A stretch of 64,000 nucleotides of DNA, from the NCBI GenBank assembly GCA_030390025.1, contig CM059432.1, forward strand, positions 84,632,001 through 84,696,000, read 5' to 3'. The first letter of the stretch is position 1. Each line of letters starts with the position of its first letter. Shown here in pieces: positions 49,799 through 61,700 of the stretch. Below the pieces are notes generated by a model. It was not told the DNA's origin. It was given only the letters and a program-made list of their open reading frames with translations, and did no database searches. This DNA is from Squalus acanthias. Taxonomy: Eukaryota. A program made the position numbers and the translations under genes.

Positions 49799-52700
49799 GA
49801 GAGTGCGAACAGCGGAATAAAGAGCGCGAGAGTGGGAACAGCGGAATAAAGAGCGCGAGAGTGGGAACAGCGGAATAAAGAGCGCGAGAGTGGGAGCAGC
49901 GGAATAAAGAGCGCGAGAGTGGGAACAGCGGAATAAAGAGCGCGAGAGTGGGAACAGCGGAATAAAGAGCGCGAGAGTGGGAACAGCGGAATAAAGAGCG
50001 CGAGAGTGGGAACAGCGAAATAAAGAGCGTGAGAGTGGGAACAACAGTATAAAGAGCGTGAGAGTGGGAGCAGCGGAATAAAGAGCGCGAGAGTGGGAAC
50101 AACGGTATAAAGATCGGGAGAATGGGAACAGCAGAATAAAGAGCGCGAGAGCGGGAACAGTGGTATAAAGAGCGTGAGAGTGGGAACTGCAGAATAAAGA
50201 GTGGGAGAGCGGGAACAGTGGAATAAAGAGCGTGAGAGTGGGAACAACGGTATAAAGAACGTGAGAGTGAGAACAGTGGTATAAAGAGCGGTAGATCGGG
50301 AACAGCGGAATAAAGAGCGTGAGAGTGGGAACATTGGTATAAAGAGCGCGAGAGCGGGAACAGCGGAATAAAGAGCGTGAGAGTGGGAACAGCAGAATAA
50401 AGAGCGCGAGAGCGGGAACAGCGGAATAAAGAGCGCGAGAGCGGGAACAGCGGAATAAAGAGCGGGAGAGTGGGAACAGCAGAATAAAGAGCGCGAGAGC
50501 GGGAACAGTGGTATAAAGAGCGTGAGAGTGGGAACAACGGTATAAAGAACGTGAGAGTGAGAACAGTGGTATAAAGAGCGGTAGATCGGGAACAGCGGAA
50601 TAAAGAGCGTGAGAGTGGGAACATTGGTATAAAGAGCGCGAGAGCGGGAACAGCGGAATAAAGAGCGTGAGAGTGGGAACAGCAGAATAAAGAGCGCGAA
50701 AGCGGGAACAGCGGAATAAAGAGCGCGAGAGCGGGAACAGCGGAATAAAGAGCGGGAGAGTGGGAACAGCAGAATAAAGAGTGCGAGAGCGGGAACAGTG
50801 GTATAAAGAGCGTGAGAGTGGGAACTGCAGAATAAAGAGTGGGAGAGCGGGAACAGTGGAATAAAGAGCGTGAGAGTGGGAACAGTGGTATAAAGAGCGG
50901 GAGAGTGGGAACAGTGGAATAAAGAGTGCGAGAGCGGGAACAGCGGAATAAAGAGCGCGAGAGCGGGAACAGCGGAATAAAGAGTGCGAGAGTGGGAACA
51001 GCGGTATAATGAGCGCGAGAGCGGGAACAGTGGAATAAAGAGTGGGACAGCGGGAACAGTGGAATAAAGAGCGCGAGAGCGGGAACAGTGAAATAAAGAG
51101 CGTGAGAGTGGGAACAGCGGAATAATGAGCGCGAGAGCGGGAACAGCGGTATAAAGTGCGTGAGAGTGGGAACAGCAGAATAAAGAGCGGGAGAGTGGGA
51201 ACAGCGGAATAAAGAGCGCGAGAGTGGGAACAGTGGAATAAAGAGCGCGAGAGTGGGAACAGTGGTATAAAGAGCGTGAGTGGGAGCAGTGGAATAAAGA
51301 GCGGGAGAGTGGGAACAGCGGAATAAAGAGCGCGAGAGTGGGAACAGCGGAATAAAGAGCGTGAGAGTGGGAACAGCGGAATAAAGAGCGGGAGAGCGGG
51401 AACAGTGGTATAAAGAGCGCGAGAGCGGGAACAGCGGAATAAAGAGCGTGAGAGTGGGAACAGCGGAATAAAGAGCGGGAGAGCGGGAACAGTGGAATAA
51501 AGAGCGTGAGAGTGGGAACAGCGGAATAAAGAACGCGAGATCGGGAACAGTGGAATAAAGAGCGAGAGATCGGGAACAGTGGAATAAAGAGCGCGAGAGC
51601 GGGAACAGTGGAATAAAGAGCGCGAGAGAGGGAACAGTGGTATAAAGAGCCCGAGAACGGGAACAGTGGTATAAAGAGCGTGAGAGTGGGAACAGTGGAA
51701 TAAAGAGCGCGAGAGTGGGAACAGCGGAATAAAGAGCGGGAGAGTGGGAACAGCAGAATAAAGAGCGCGAGAGCGGGAACAGTGGTATAAAGAGCGCGAG
51801 AGTGGGAACAGTGGAATAAAGAGCGTGAGAGTGGGAACAGCGGTATAAAGAGCGTGAGAGTGGGAACAGTGGAATAAAGAGTGGGAGAGCGGGAACAGCG
51901 GAATAAAGAGGCGAGAGCGGGAACAGCGGAATAAAGAGCGCGAGAGCGGGAACAGCGGAATAAAGATGCGGAGAGTGGGAACAGCGGTATAATGAGCGCG
52001 AGAGCGGGAACAGCAGAATAAAGAGCGGGAGAGCGGGAACAGTGGAATAAAGAGCGCCAGAGCGGGAACAGCGGAATAAAGAGCGGGAGTCGGAGCAGCG
52101 GTATAAAGAGCGTGAGAGTGCGAACAGCGGAATAAAGAGCGCGAGAGTGGGAACAGCGGAATAAAGAGCGCGAGAGTGGGAGCAGCGGAATAAAGAGCGC
52201 GAGAGTGGGAACAGCGGAATAAAGAGCGCGAGAGTGGGAACAGCGGAATAAAGAGCGCGAGAGTGGGAACAGCGGAATAAAGAGCGCGAGAGTGGGAACA
52301 GCGGAATAAAGAGCGCGAGAGTGGGAACAGCGGAATAAAGAGCGTGAGAGTGGGAGCAGTGGAATAAAGAGCGCGAGAGCGGGAACAGCGGTATAAAGAT
52401 CGGGAGAGCAGGGAACAGCGGAATAAAGAGCGTGAGAGTGGGAACAGCGGTATAAAGAGCGTGAGAGTGGGAACAGTGGTATAAAGAGCGGGAGAGCGGG
52501 AACAGCGGAATAAAGAGCGTGAGAGTGGGAACAGTGGAATAAAGAGCGCGAGAGTGGGAACAGCGGAATAAAGAGCGTGAGAGTGGGAACAGCTGGAATA
52601 AAGAGCGCGAGAGTGGGAACAGCGGAATAAAGAGCGCGAGAGCGGGAACAGCGGAATAAAGAGCGTGAGAGTGGGAACAGCGGAATAAAGAGCGCGAGAG

Positions 52701-55700
52701 CGGGAACAGTGGTATAAAGAGCGTGAGAGTGGGAACAGCGGAATAAAGAGTGGGAGAGCGGGAACAGCGGAATAAAGAGCGTGAGAGTGGGAACAGTGGA
52801 ATAAAGAGCGGGAGAGCGGGAACAGTGGAATAAAGAGCGTGAGAGTGGGAACAGCGGAATAAAGAGCGGGAGAGCGGGAACAGCGGAATAAAGAGCGCGA
52901 GAGCGGGAACAGTGGTATAAAGAGCGCGAGAGTGGGAACAGTGGAATAAAGAGCGTGAGAGTGGGAACAGCTGGAATAAAGAGCGGGAGAGCGGGAACAG
53001 CGGAATAAAGAGCGTGAGAGTGAGAACAGTGGAATAAAGAGTGCGAGAGCGGGAACAGCGGAATAAAGAGTGCGAGAGCGGGAACAGCGGAATAAAGAGC
53101 GCGAGAGCGGGAACAGCGGAATAAAGAGTGCGAGAGTGGGAACAGCGGTATAATGAGCGCGAGAGCGGGAACAGCGGAATAAAGAGCGGGAGAGCGGGAA
53201 CAGTGGAATAAAGAGCGGGAGAGCGGGAACAGTGGAATAAAGAGCGCCAGAGCGGGAACAGCGGAATAAAGAGCGGGAGTCGGAGCAGCGGTATAAAGAG
53301 CGCGAGAGCGGGAATAGTGGAATAAAGAGCGTGAGAGTGGGAACAGCGGAATAAAGAGCGTGAGAGTGGGAACAGCGGTATAAAGAGCGTGAGAGTGGGA
53401 ACAGCAGAATAAAGAGCGGGAGAGTGGGAACAGCGGAATAAAGAGCGCGAGAGTGGGAACAGTGGAATAAAGAGCGCGAGAGTGGGAACAGCGGAATAAA
53501 GAGCGGGAGAGCGGGAACAGCGGAATAAAGAGCGGGAGAGCGTGAACAGTGGTATAAAGAGCGCGAGAGCGGGAACAATGGTATAAAGAGTGTGAGAGTG
53601 GGAACAATGGAATAAAGAGCGCGAGATCGGGAACAGTGGAATAAAGAGCGCGAGAGCGGGAACAGTGGAATAAAGAGCGCGAGATCGGGAACAGCGGAAT
53701 AAAGAGCGCGAGATCGGGAACAATGGAATAAAGAGCGCGAGAGTGGGAACAGTGGAATAAAGAGCGCGAGAGTGTTAAAAGTGGAATGAAGAGCGTGAGA
53801 GTGGGAACAGTGGAATAAAGAGCGGGAGAGTGGGAACAGCGGAATAAAGAGCGCGAGAGTGGGAACAGCGGAATAAAAAGCGGGAGAGTGGGAACAGTGG
53901 AATGAAGAGCGTGAGAGTGGGAACAGTGGAATAAAGAGCGGGAGAGTGGGAACAGCGGAATAAGGAGCGCGAGAGTGGGAACAGCGGAATAAAGAGCGGG
54001 AGAGTGGGAACAGCGGAATAAATAGTGCGAGAGCGGGAACAGTGGAATAAAGAGCGTGAGAGCGGGAACAGCGGAATAAAGAGCGGGAGAGCGGGAACAG
54101 CGGAATAAAGAGCGAGAGCAGCGGGAACAGTGGAATAAAGAGCGCGAGAGTGGGAACAGTGGAATGAAGAGCGTGAGAGTGGGAACAGTGGAATAAAGAG
54201 CGGGAGAGTGGGAACAGCGAAATAAAGAGCACGAGAGTGGGAACAGCGGAATAAAGAGCGCGAGAGTGGGAACAGCGGAATAAAGAGCGCGAGAGCGGGT
54301 ACAGTGGTATAAAGAGCGTGAGACTGGGAACAGCGGAATAAAGAGCGGGAGAGCGGGAACAGTGGTATAAAGAGCGTGAGAGCGGGAACAGTGGAATAAA
54401 GAGCGTGAGAGTGGGAACAGCAGAATAAAGAGCGGGAGAGCGGGAACAGCGGAATAAAGAGTGCGAGAGCGGGAACAACGGTATAAAGATCGGGAGAGCT
54501 GGAACAGCGGAATAAAGAGCGTGAGAGTGGGAACAACGGTATAAAGAATGTGAGAGTGGGAACAGTGGTATAAAGAGCGGGAGATCGGGAACAGCGGAAT
54601 AAAGAGCGTGAGAGTGGGAACATTGGTATAAAGAGCGCGAGAGCGGGAACAGCGGAATAAAGAGCGTGAGAGTGGGAACAGCAGAATAAAGAGCGCGAGA
54701 GCGGGAACAGCGGAATAAAGAGCGCGAGAGCGGGAACAGCGGAATAAAGAGCGGGAGAGTGGGAACAGCAGAATAAAGAGCGCGAGAGCGGGAACAGGGG
54801 TATAAAGAGCGTGAGAGTGGGAACTGCAGAATAAAGAGTGGGAGAGCGGGAACAGTGGAATAAAGAGCGTGAGAGTGGGAACAGTGGTATAAAGAGCGGG
54901 AGAGCGGGAACAGTGGAATAAAGAGCGTGAGAGTGGGAACAGCAGAATAAAGAGCGGAGAGCGGGAACAGCGGAATAAAGAGCGCGAGAGCAGGAACAGT
55001 GGTATAAAGAGCGCGAGAGTGGGAACAGTGGAATAAAGAGCGTGAGAGTGGGAACAGCAGAATAAAGAGCGGGAGAGCGGGAACAGCGGAATAAAGAGCG
55101 TGAGAGTGGGAACAGTGGAATAAAGAGTGCGAGAGCGGGAACAGCGGAATAAAGAGTGCGAGAGCGGGAACAGCGGAATAAAGAGCGCGAGAGCGGGAAC
55201 AGCGGAATAAAGAGTGGAGAGTGGGAACAGTGGAATAAAGAGCGGAGAGTGGGAACAGTGGTATAAAGAGCGCGAGAGCGGGAACAGCGGAATAAAGAGC
55301 GGGAGAGCGGGAACAGTGGAATAAAGAGCGGGAGAGCGGGAACAGTGGAATAAAGAGCGCGAGAGCGGGAACAGTGGAATAAAGAGCGGGAGAGTGGGAA
55401 CAGCGGAATAAAGAGCGTGAGAGCGGGAACAGTGGAATAAAGAGCGTGAGAGTGGGAACAGCGGAATAAAGAGCGGAGAGTGGGAACAGTGGAATAAAGA
55501 GCGGGAGAGTGGGAACAGTGGAATAAAGAGCGCGAGAGTGGGAACAGTGGTATAAAGAGTGTGAGAGTGGGAACAGCGGAATAAAGAGCGGGAGAGTGGG
55601 AACAGTGGTATAAAGAGCGGAGAGTGGGAGCAGCGGAATAAAGAGCGGGAGAGTGGGAACAGCGGAATAAAGAGCGCGAGAGTGGGAACAGCGGAATAAA

Positions 55701-58700
55701 GAGCGGGAGAGCGGGAACAGCGGAATGAAGAGCGTGAGAGTGGGAACAGTGGAATAAAGAGCGCGAGAGTGGGAACAGTGGAATAAAGAGCGTGAGAGTG
55801 GGAACAGTGGAATAAAGAGCGGGAGAGTGGGAACAGCGGAATAAAGAGCGCGAGAGTGGGAACAGCGGAATAAAGAGCGGGAGAGTGGGAACAGTGGAAT
55901 AAAGAGCGTGAGAGTGGGAACAGTGGAATAAAGAGCGGGAGAGTGGCAACAGCGGAATAAAGAGCGCGAGAGTGGGAACAGCGGAATAAAGAGCGGAGAG
56001 TGGGAACAGTGGAATAAAGAGCGCGAGAGCGGGAACAGTGGAATAAAGAGCGCGAGAGCGGGAACAGCGGAATAAAGAGCGGGAGAGCGGGAACAGCGGA
56101 ATAAAGAGCGTGAGAGTGGGAACAGCGGAATAAAGAGCGCGAGAGTGGGAACAGTGGAATAAAGAGCGTGAGAGTGGGAACAGCGGAATAAAGAGCGGAG
56201 AGTGGGAACAGCGAATAAAGAGCGCGAGAGTGGGAACAGCGGAATAAAGAGCGTGAGAGTGGGAACAGCGGAATAAAGAGCGCGAGAGTGGGAACAGCGA
56301 ATAAAGAGCGCTAGAGCGGGAACAGCGGAATAAAGAGCGCGAGAGTGGGAACAGCGGAATAAAGAGCGCGAGAGCGGGAACAGCGGTATAAAGAGCGCGA
56401 GAGTGGGAACAGCGGAATAAAGAGCGTGAGAGTGGGAACAGCGGTATAAAGAGCGGGAGAGTGGGAACAGCGGAATAAAGAGCGCGAGAGCGGGAACAGC
56501 GGAATAAAGAGCGGGAGAGTGGGAACAGCAGAATAAAGAGCGCGAGAGCGGGAACAGCGGAATAAAGAGCGCGAGAGCGGGAACAGCGGAATAAAGAGCG
56601 GGAGAGTGGGAACAGTGGTATATAGAGCGGGAGAGCGGGAACTGTGGAATAAAGAGCGTGAGAGTGGGAACAGCAGAATAAAGAGCGGGAGAGCGGGAAC
56701 AGCGGAATAAAGAGCGTGAGAGTGGGAACAGTGGAATAAAGAGTGCGAGAGCGGGAACAGCGGAATAAAGAGTGCGAGAGCGGGAACAGCGGAATAAAGA
56801 GCGCGAGAGCGGGAACAGCGGAATAAAGAGTGCGAGAGTGGGAACAGCGGTATAATGAGCGCGAGAGCGGGAACAGCGGAATAAAGAGCGGGAGAGCGGG
56901 AACAGTGGAATAAAGAGCGGGAGAGCGGGAACAGTGGAATAAAGAGCGCCAGAGCGGGAACAGCGGAATAAAGAGCGGGAGTCGGAGCAGCGGTATAAAG
57001 AGCGCGAGAGCGGGAACAGTGGAATAAAGAGCGTGAGAGTGGGAACAGCGGAATAAAGAGCGCGAGAGCGGGAACAGCGGTATAAAGAGCGGGAGAGTGG
57101 GAACAGCAGAATAAAGAGCGGGAGAGTGGGAACAGCGGAATAAAGAGCGGGAGAGTGGGAACAGTGGAATAAAGAGCGCGAGAGTGGGAACAGCGGTATA
57201 AAGAGCAGGAGAGTGGGAACAGTGGAATAAAGAGCGCGAGAGCGGGAACAACGGTATAAAGATCGGGAGAGCAGGAACAGCGGAATAAAGAGCGTGAGAG
57301 TGGGAACAACGGTATACAGAGCGGGAGATCGGGAACAGCGGAATAAAGAGGGTGAGAGTGGGAACATTGGTATAAAGAGCGTGAGAGTGGGAACAGCGGA
57401 ATAAAGAGCGTGAGAGCGGGAACAGCGGAATAAAGAGCGTGAGAGTGGGAACAGCGGAATAAAGAGCGCGAGAACGGGAACAGTGGAATAAAGAGCGCGA
57501 GATCGGGAACAGTGGAATAAAGAGCGCGAGATCAGGAACAGTGGAATAAAGAGCGCGAGATCGGGAACAGTGGAATAAAGAGCGTGAGAGCGGGAACAGT
57601 GGTATAAAGAGCGCGAGAGCGGGAACAGTGGTATAAAGAGCGCGAGAGCGGGAACAGTGGTATAAAGAGTGTGAGAGTGGGAACAGCGGAATAAAGAGCG
57701 CGAGAACGGGAACAGTGGTATAAAGAGCGCGAGAACGGGAACAGTGGTATAAAGAGCGTGAGAGAGGGAACAGTGGAATAAAGAGCGCGAGAGTGGGAAC
57801 AGCAGAATAAAGAGCGCGAGAGTGGGAACAGTGGAATAAAGAGCGTGAGAGTGGGAACAGTGGAATAAAGAGCGCGAGAGTGGGAACAGTGGAATGAAGA
57901 GCGTGAGAGTGGGAACAGTGGAATAAAGAGCGCGAGAGTGGGAACAGTGGAATGAAGAGCGTGAGAGTGGGAACAGTGGAATAAAGAGCGGGAGAGTGGG
58001 AACAGCGGAATAAAGAGCGCGAGAGTGGGAACAGCGGAATAAAGAGCGGGAGAGTGGGAACAGTGGAATGAAGAGCGTGAGAGTGGGAACAGTGAATAAA
58101 GAGCGGGAGAGTGGCAACAGCGGAATAAAGAGCGCGAGAGTGGGAACAGCGGAATAAAGAGCGGGAGAGTGGGAACAGTGGAATAAATAGCGCGAGAGCG
58201 GGAACAGTGGAATAAAGAGCGTGAGAGCGGGAACAGCGGAATAAAGAGCGGGAGAGCGGGAACAGCGGAATAAAGAGCGAGAGCAGCGGGAACAGTGGAA
58301 TAAAGAGCGCGAGAGTGGGAACAGTGGAATGAAGAGCGTGAGAGTGGGAACAGTGGAATAAAGAACGGGAGAGTGGGAACAGCGAAATAAAGAGCGCGAG
58401 AGTGGGAACAGCGGAATAAAGAGCGCGAGAGTGGAAACAGCGGAATAAAGAGCGCGAGAGTGGAAACAGCGGAATAAAGAGCGCGAGAGTGGGAGCAGCG
58501 GAATAAAGAGCGCGAGAGTGGGAACAGCGGAATAAAGAGCGCGAGAGCGGGAACAACGGTATAAAGATCGGGAGAGCAGGAACAGCGGAATAAAGAGCGT
58601 GAGAGTGGGAACAGCGGTATAAAGAGCGCGAGAGCGGGAACAGCGGAATAAAGAGCGCGAGAGCGGGAACAGCGGAATAAAGAGCGGGAGAGTGGGAACA

Positions 58701-61700
58701 GCAGAATAAAGAGCGCGAGAGCGGGAACAGCGGAATAAAGAGCGCGAGAGCGGGAACAGCGGAATAAAGAGCGGGAGAGTGGGAACAGTGGTATATAGAG
58801 CGGGAGAGCGGGAACTGTGGAATAAAGAGCGTGAGAGTGGGAACAGCAGAATAAAGAGCGGGAGAGCGGGAACAGCGGAATAAAGAGCGTGAGAGTGGGA
58901 ACAGTGGAATAAAGAGTGCGAGAGCGGGAACAGCGGAATAAAGAGTGCGAGAGCGGGAACAGCGGAATAAAGAGCGCGAGAGCGGGAACAGCGGAATAAA
59001 GAGTGCGAGAGTGGGAACAGCGGTATAATGAGCGCGAGAGCGGGAACAGCGGAATAAAGAGCGGGAGAGCGGGAACAGTGGAATAAAGAGCGGGAGAGCG
59101 GGAACAGTGGAATAAAGAGCGCCAGAGCGGGAACAGCGGAATAAAGAGCGGGAGTCGGAGCAGCGGTATAAAGAGCGCGAGAGTGGGAACAACGGTATAC
59201 AGAACGTGAGAGTGGGAACAGTGGTATAAAGAGCGGGAGTCGGGAACAGCGGAATAAAGAGCGTGAGAGTGGGAACAGCGGAATAAAGAGCGCGAGAGCG
59301 GGAACAGCGGAATAAAGAGCGCGAGAGCGGGAACAGCGGAATAAAGAGCGGAGAGTGGGAACAGTGGTATAAAGAGCGTGAGAGTGGGAACTGCAGAATA
59401 AAGAGCGTGAGAGCGGGAACAGCGGAATAAAGAGCGTGAGAGTGGGAACAGCAGAATAAAGAGCGCGAGAGCGGGAACAGCGGAATAAAGAGCGCGAGAG
59501 CGGGAACAGCGGAATAAAGAGCGGGAGAGTGGGAACAGTGGTATAAAGAGCGTGAGAGTGGGAACTGCAGAATAAAGAGCGCGAGAGCGGGAACAGTGGT
59601 ATAAAGAGCGTGAGAGTGGGAACTGCAGAATAAAGAGTGGGAGAGCGGGAACAGTGGAATAAAGAGCGTGAGAGTGGGAACAGTGGTATAAAGAGCGGGA
59701 GAGCGGGAACTGTGGAATAAAGAGCGTGAGAGTGGGAACAGCAGAATAAAGAGCGGGAGAGCGGGAACAGCGGAATAAAGAGCGTGAGAGCGGGAACAGT
59801 GGTATAAAGAGCGTGAGAGTGGGAACAGCAGAATAAAGAGCGGGAGAGCGGGAACAGCGGAATAAAGAGCGTGAGAGCGGGAACAGTGGTATAAAGAGCG
59901 CGAGAGCGGGAACAGCAGAATAAAGAGCGCGAGAGCGGGAACAGTGGTATAAAGAGCGTGAGAGTGGGAACTGCAGAATAAAGAGTGGGAGAGCGGGAAC
60001 AGTGGAATAAAGAGCGTGAGAGTGGGAACAGTGGTATAAAGAGCGGGAGAGCGGGAACTGTGGAATAAAGAGCGTGAGAGTGGGAACAGCAGAATAAAGA
60101 GCGGGAGAGCGGGAACAGCGGAATAAAGAGCGTGAGAGCGGGAACAGTGGTATAAAGAGCGTGAGAGTGGGAACAGCAGAATAAAGAGCGGGAGAGCGCG
60201 AACAGCGGAATAAAAAGCGCGAGAGTGGGAACAGCGGAATAAAGAGTGCGAGAGTGGGAACAGCGGAATAAAGAGCGCGAGAGTGGGAGCAGCGGAATAA
60301 AGAGCGCGAGAGTGGGAACAACAGTATAAAGAGCGTGAGAGTGGGAGCAGTGGAATAAAAAGCGCGAGAGTGGGAACAACAGTATAAAGAGCGTGAGAGT
60401 GGGAACAGCGGAATAAAAAGCGCGAGAGTGGGAACAGCGGAATAAAGAGTGCGAGAGTGGGAACAGCGGAATAAAGAGCGCGAGAGTGGGAGCAGTGGAA
60501 TAAAGAGCGCGAGAGCGGGAACAACGGTATAAAGATCGGGAGAGCAGCAACAGCGGAATAAAGAGCGTGAGAGTGGGAACAACAGTATAAAGAACGTGAG
60601 AGTGGGAACAGTGGTATAAAGAGCGGGAGATCGGGAACAGCGGAATAAAGAGCGTGAGAGTGGGAACATTGGTATAAAGAGCGCGAGAGTGGGAACAGCA
60701 GAATAAAGAGCGCGAGAGCGGGAACAGCGGAATAAAGAGCGCGAGAGCGGGAACAGCGGAATAAAGAGCGGGAGAGTGGGAACAGCAGAATAAAGAGCGG
60801 GAGAGTGGGAACAGTGGTATAAAGAGCGTGAGAGTGGGAACTGCAGAATAAAGAGTGGGAGAGCGGGAACAGTGGTATAAAGAGCGGGAGAGCGGGAACA
60901 GTGGAATAAAGAGCGTGAGAGTGGGAACAGCAGAATAAAGAGCGGGAGAGCGGGAACAGCGGAATAAAGAGCGCGAGAGCGGGAACAGTGGTATGAAGAG
61001 CGCGAGAGTGGGAACAGTGGAATAAAGAGCGTGAGAGTGGGAACAGCAGAATAAAGAGCGGGAGAGCGGGAACAGCGGAATAAAGAGCGTGAGAGTGAGA
61101 ACAGTGGAATAAAGAGTGCGAGAGCGGGAACAGCGGAATAAAGAGTGCGAGAGCGGGAACAACGGAATAAAGAGCGCGAGAGCGGGAACAGCGGAATAAA
61201 GAGTGCGAGAGTGGGAACAGCGGTATAATGAGCGCGAGAGCGGGAACAGCGGAATAAAGAGCGGGAGAGCGGGAACAGTGGAATAAAGAGCGGGAGAGCG
61301 GGAACAGTGGAATAAAGAGCACGAGAGCGGGAACAGTGGAATAAAGAGCGTGAGAGTGGGAACAGCGGAATAAAGAGCGTGAGAGCGGGAACAGTGGAAT
61401 AAAGAGCGTGAGAGTGGGAACAGCAGAATAAAGAGCGGGAGAGTGGGAACAGCGGAATAAAGAGCGGGAGAGTGGGAACAGTGGAATAAAGAGCGCGAGA
61501 GTGGGAACAGTGGAATAAAGAGTGTGAGAGTGGGAACAGCGGAATAAAGAGCGGGAGAGTGGGAACAGTGGTATAAAGAGCGTGAGTGGGAGCAGCGGAA
61601 TAAAGAGCGGGAGAGTGGGAACAGCGGAATAAAGAGCGCGAGAGTGGGAACAGCGGAATAAAGAGCGGGAGAGCGGGAACAGCGGAATAAAGAGCGGGAG

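Noticed and set aside
48811..49849. Pro/Ser-rich and Gly/Glu/Arg-rich ORFs
   Set aside because: Low-complexity tract plus the N gap.
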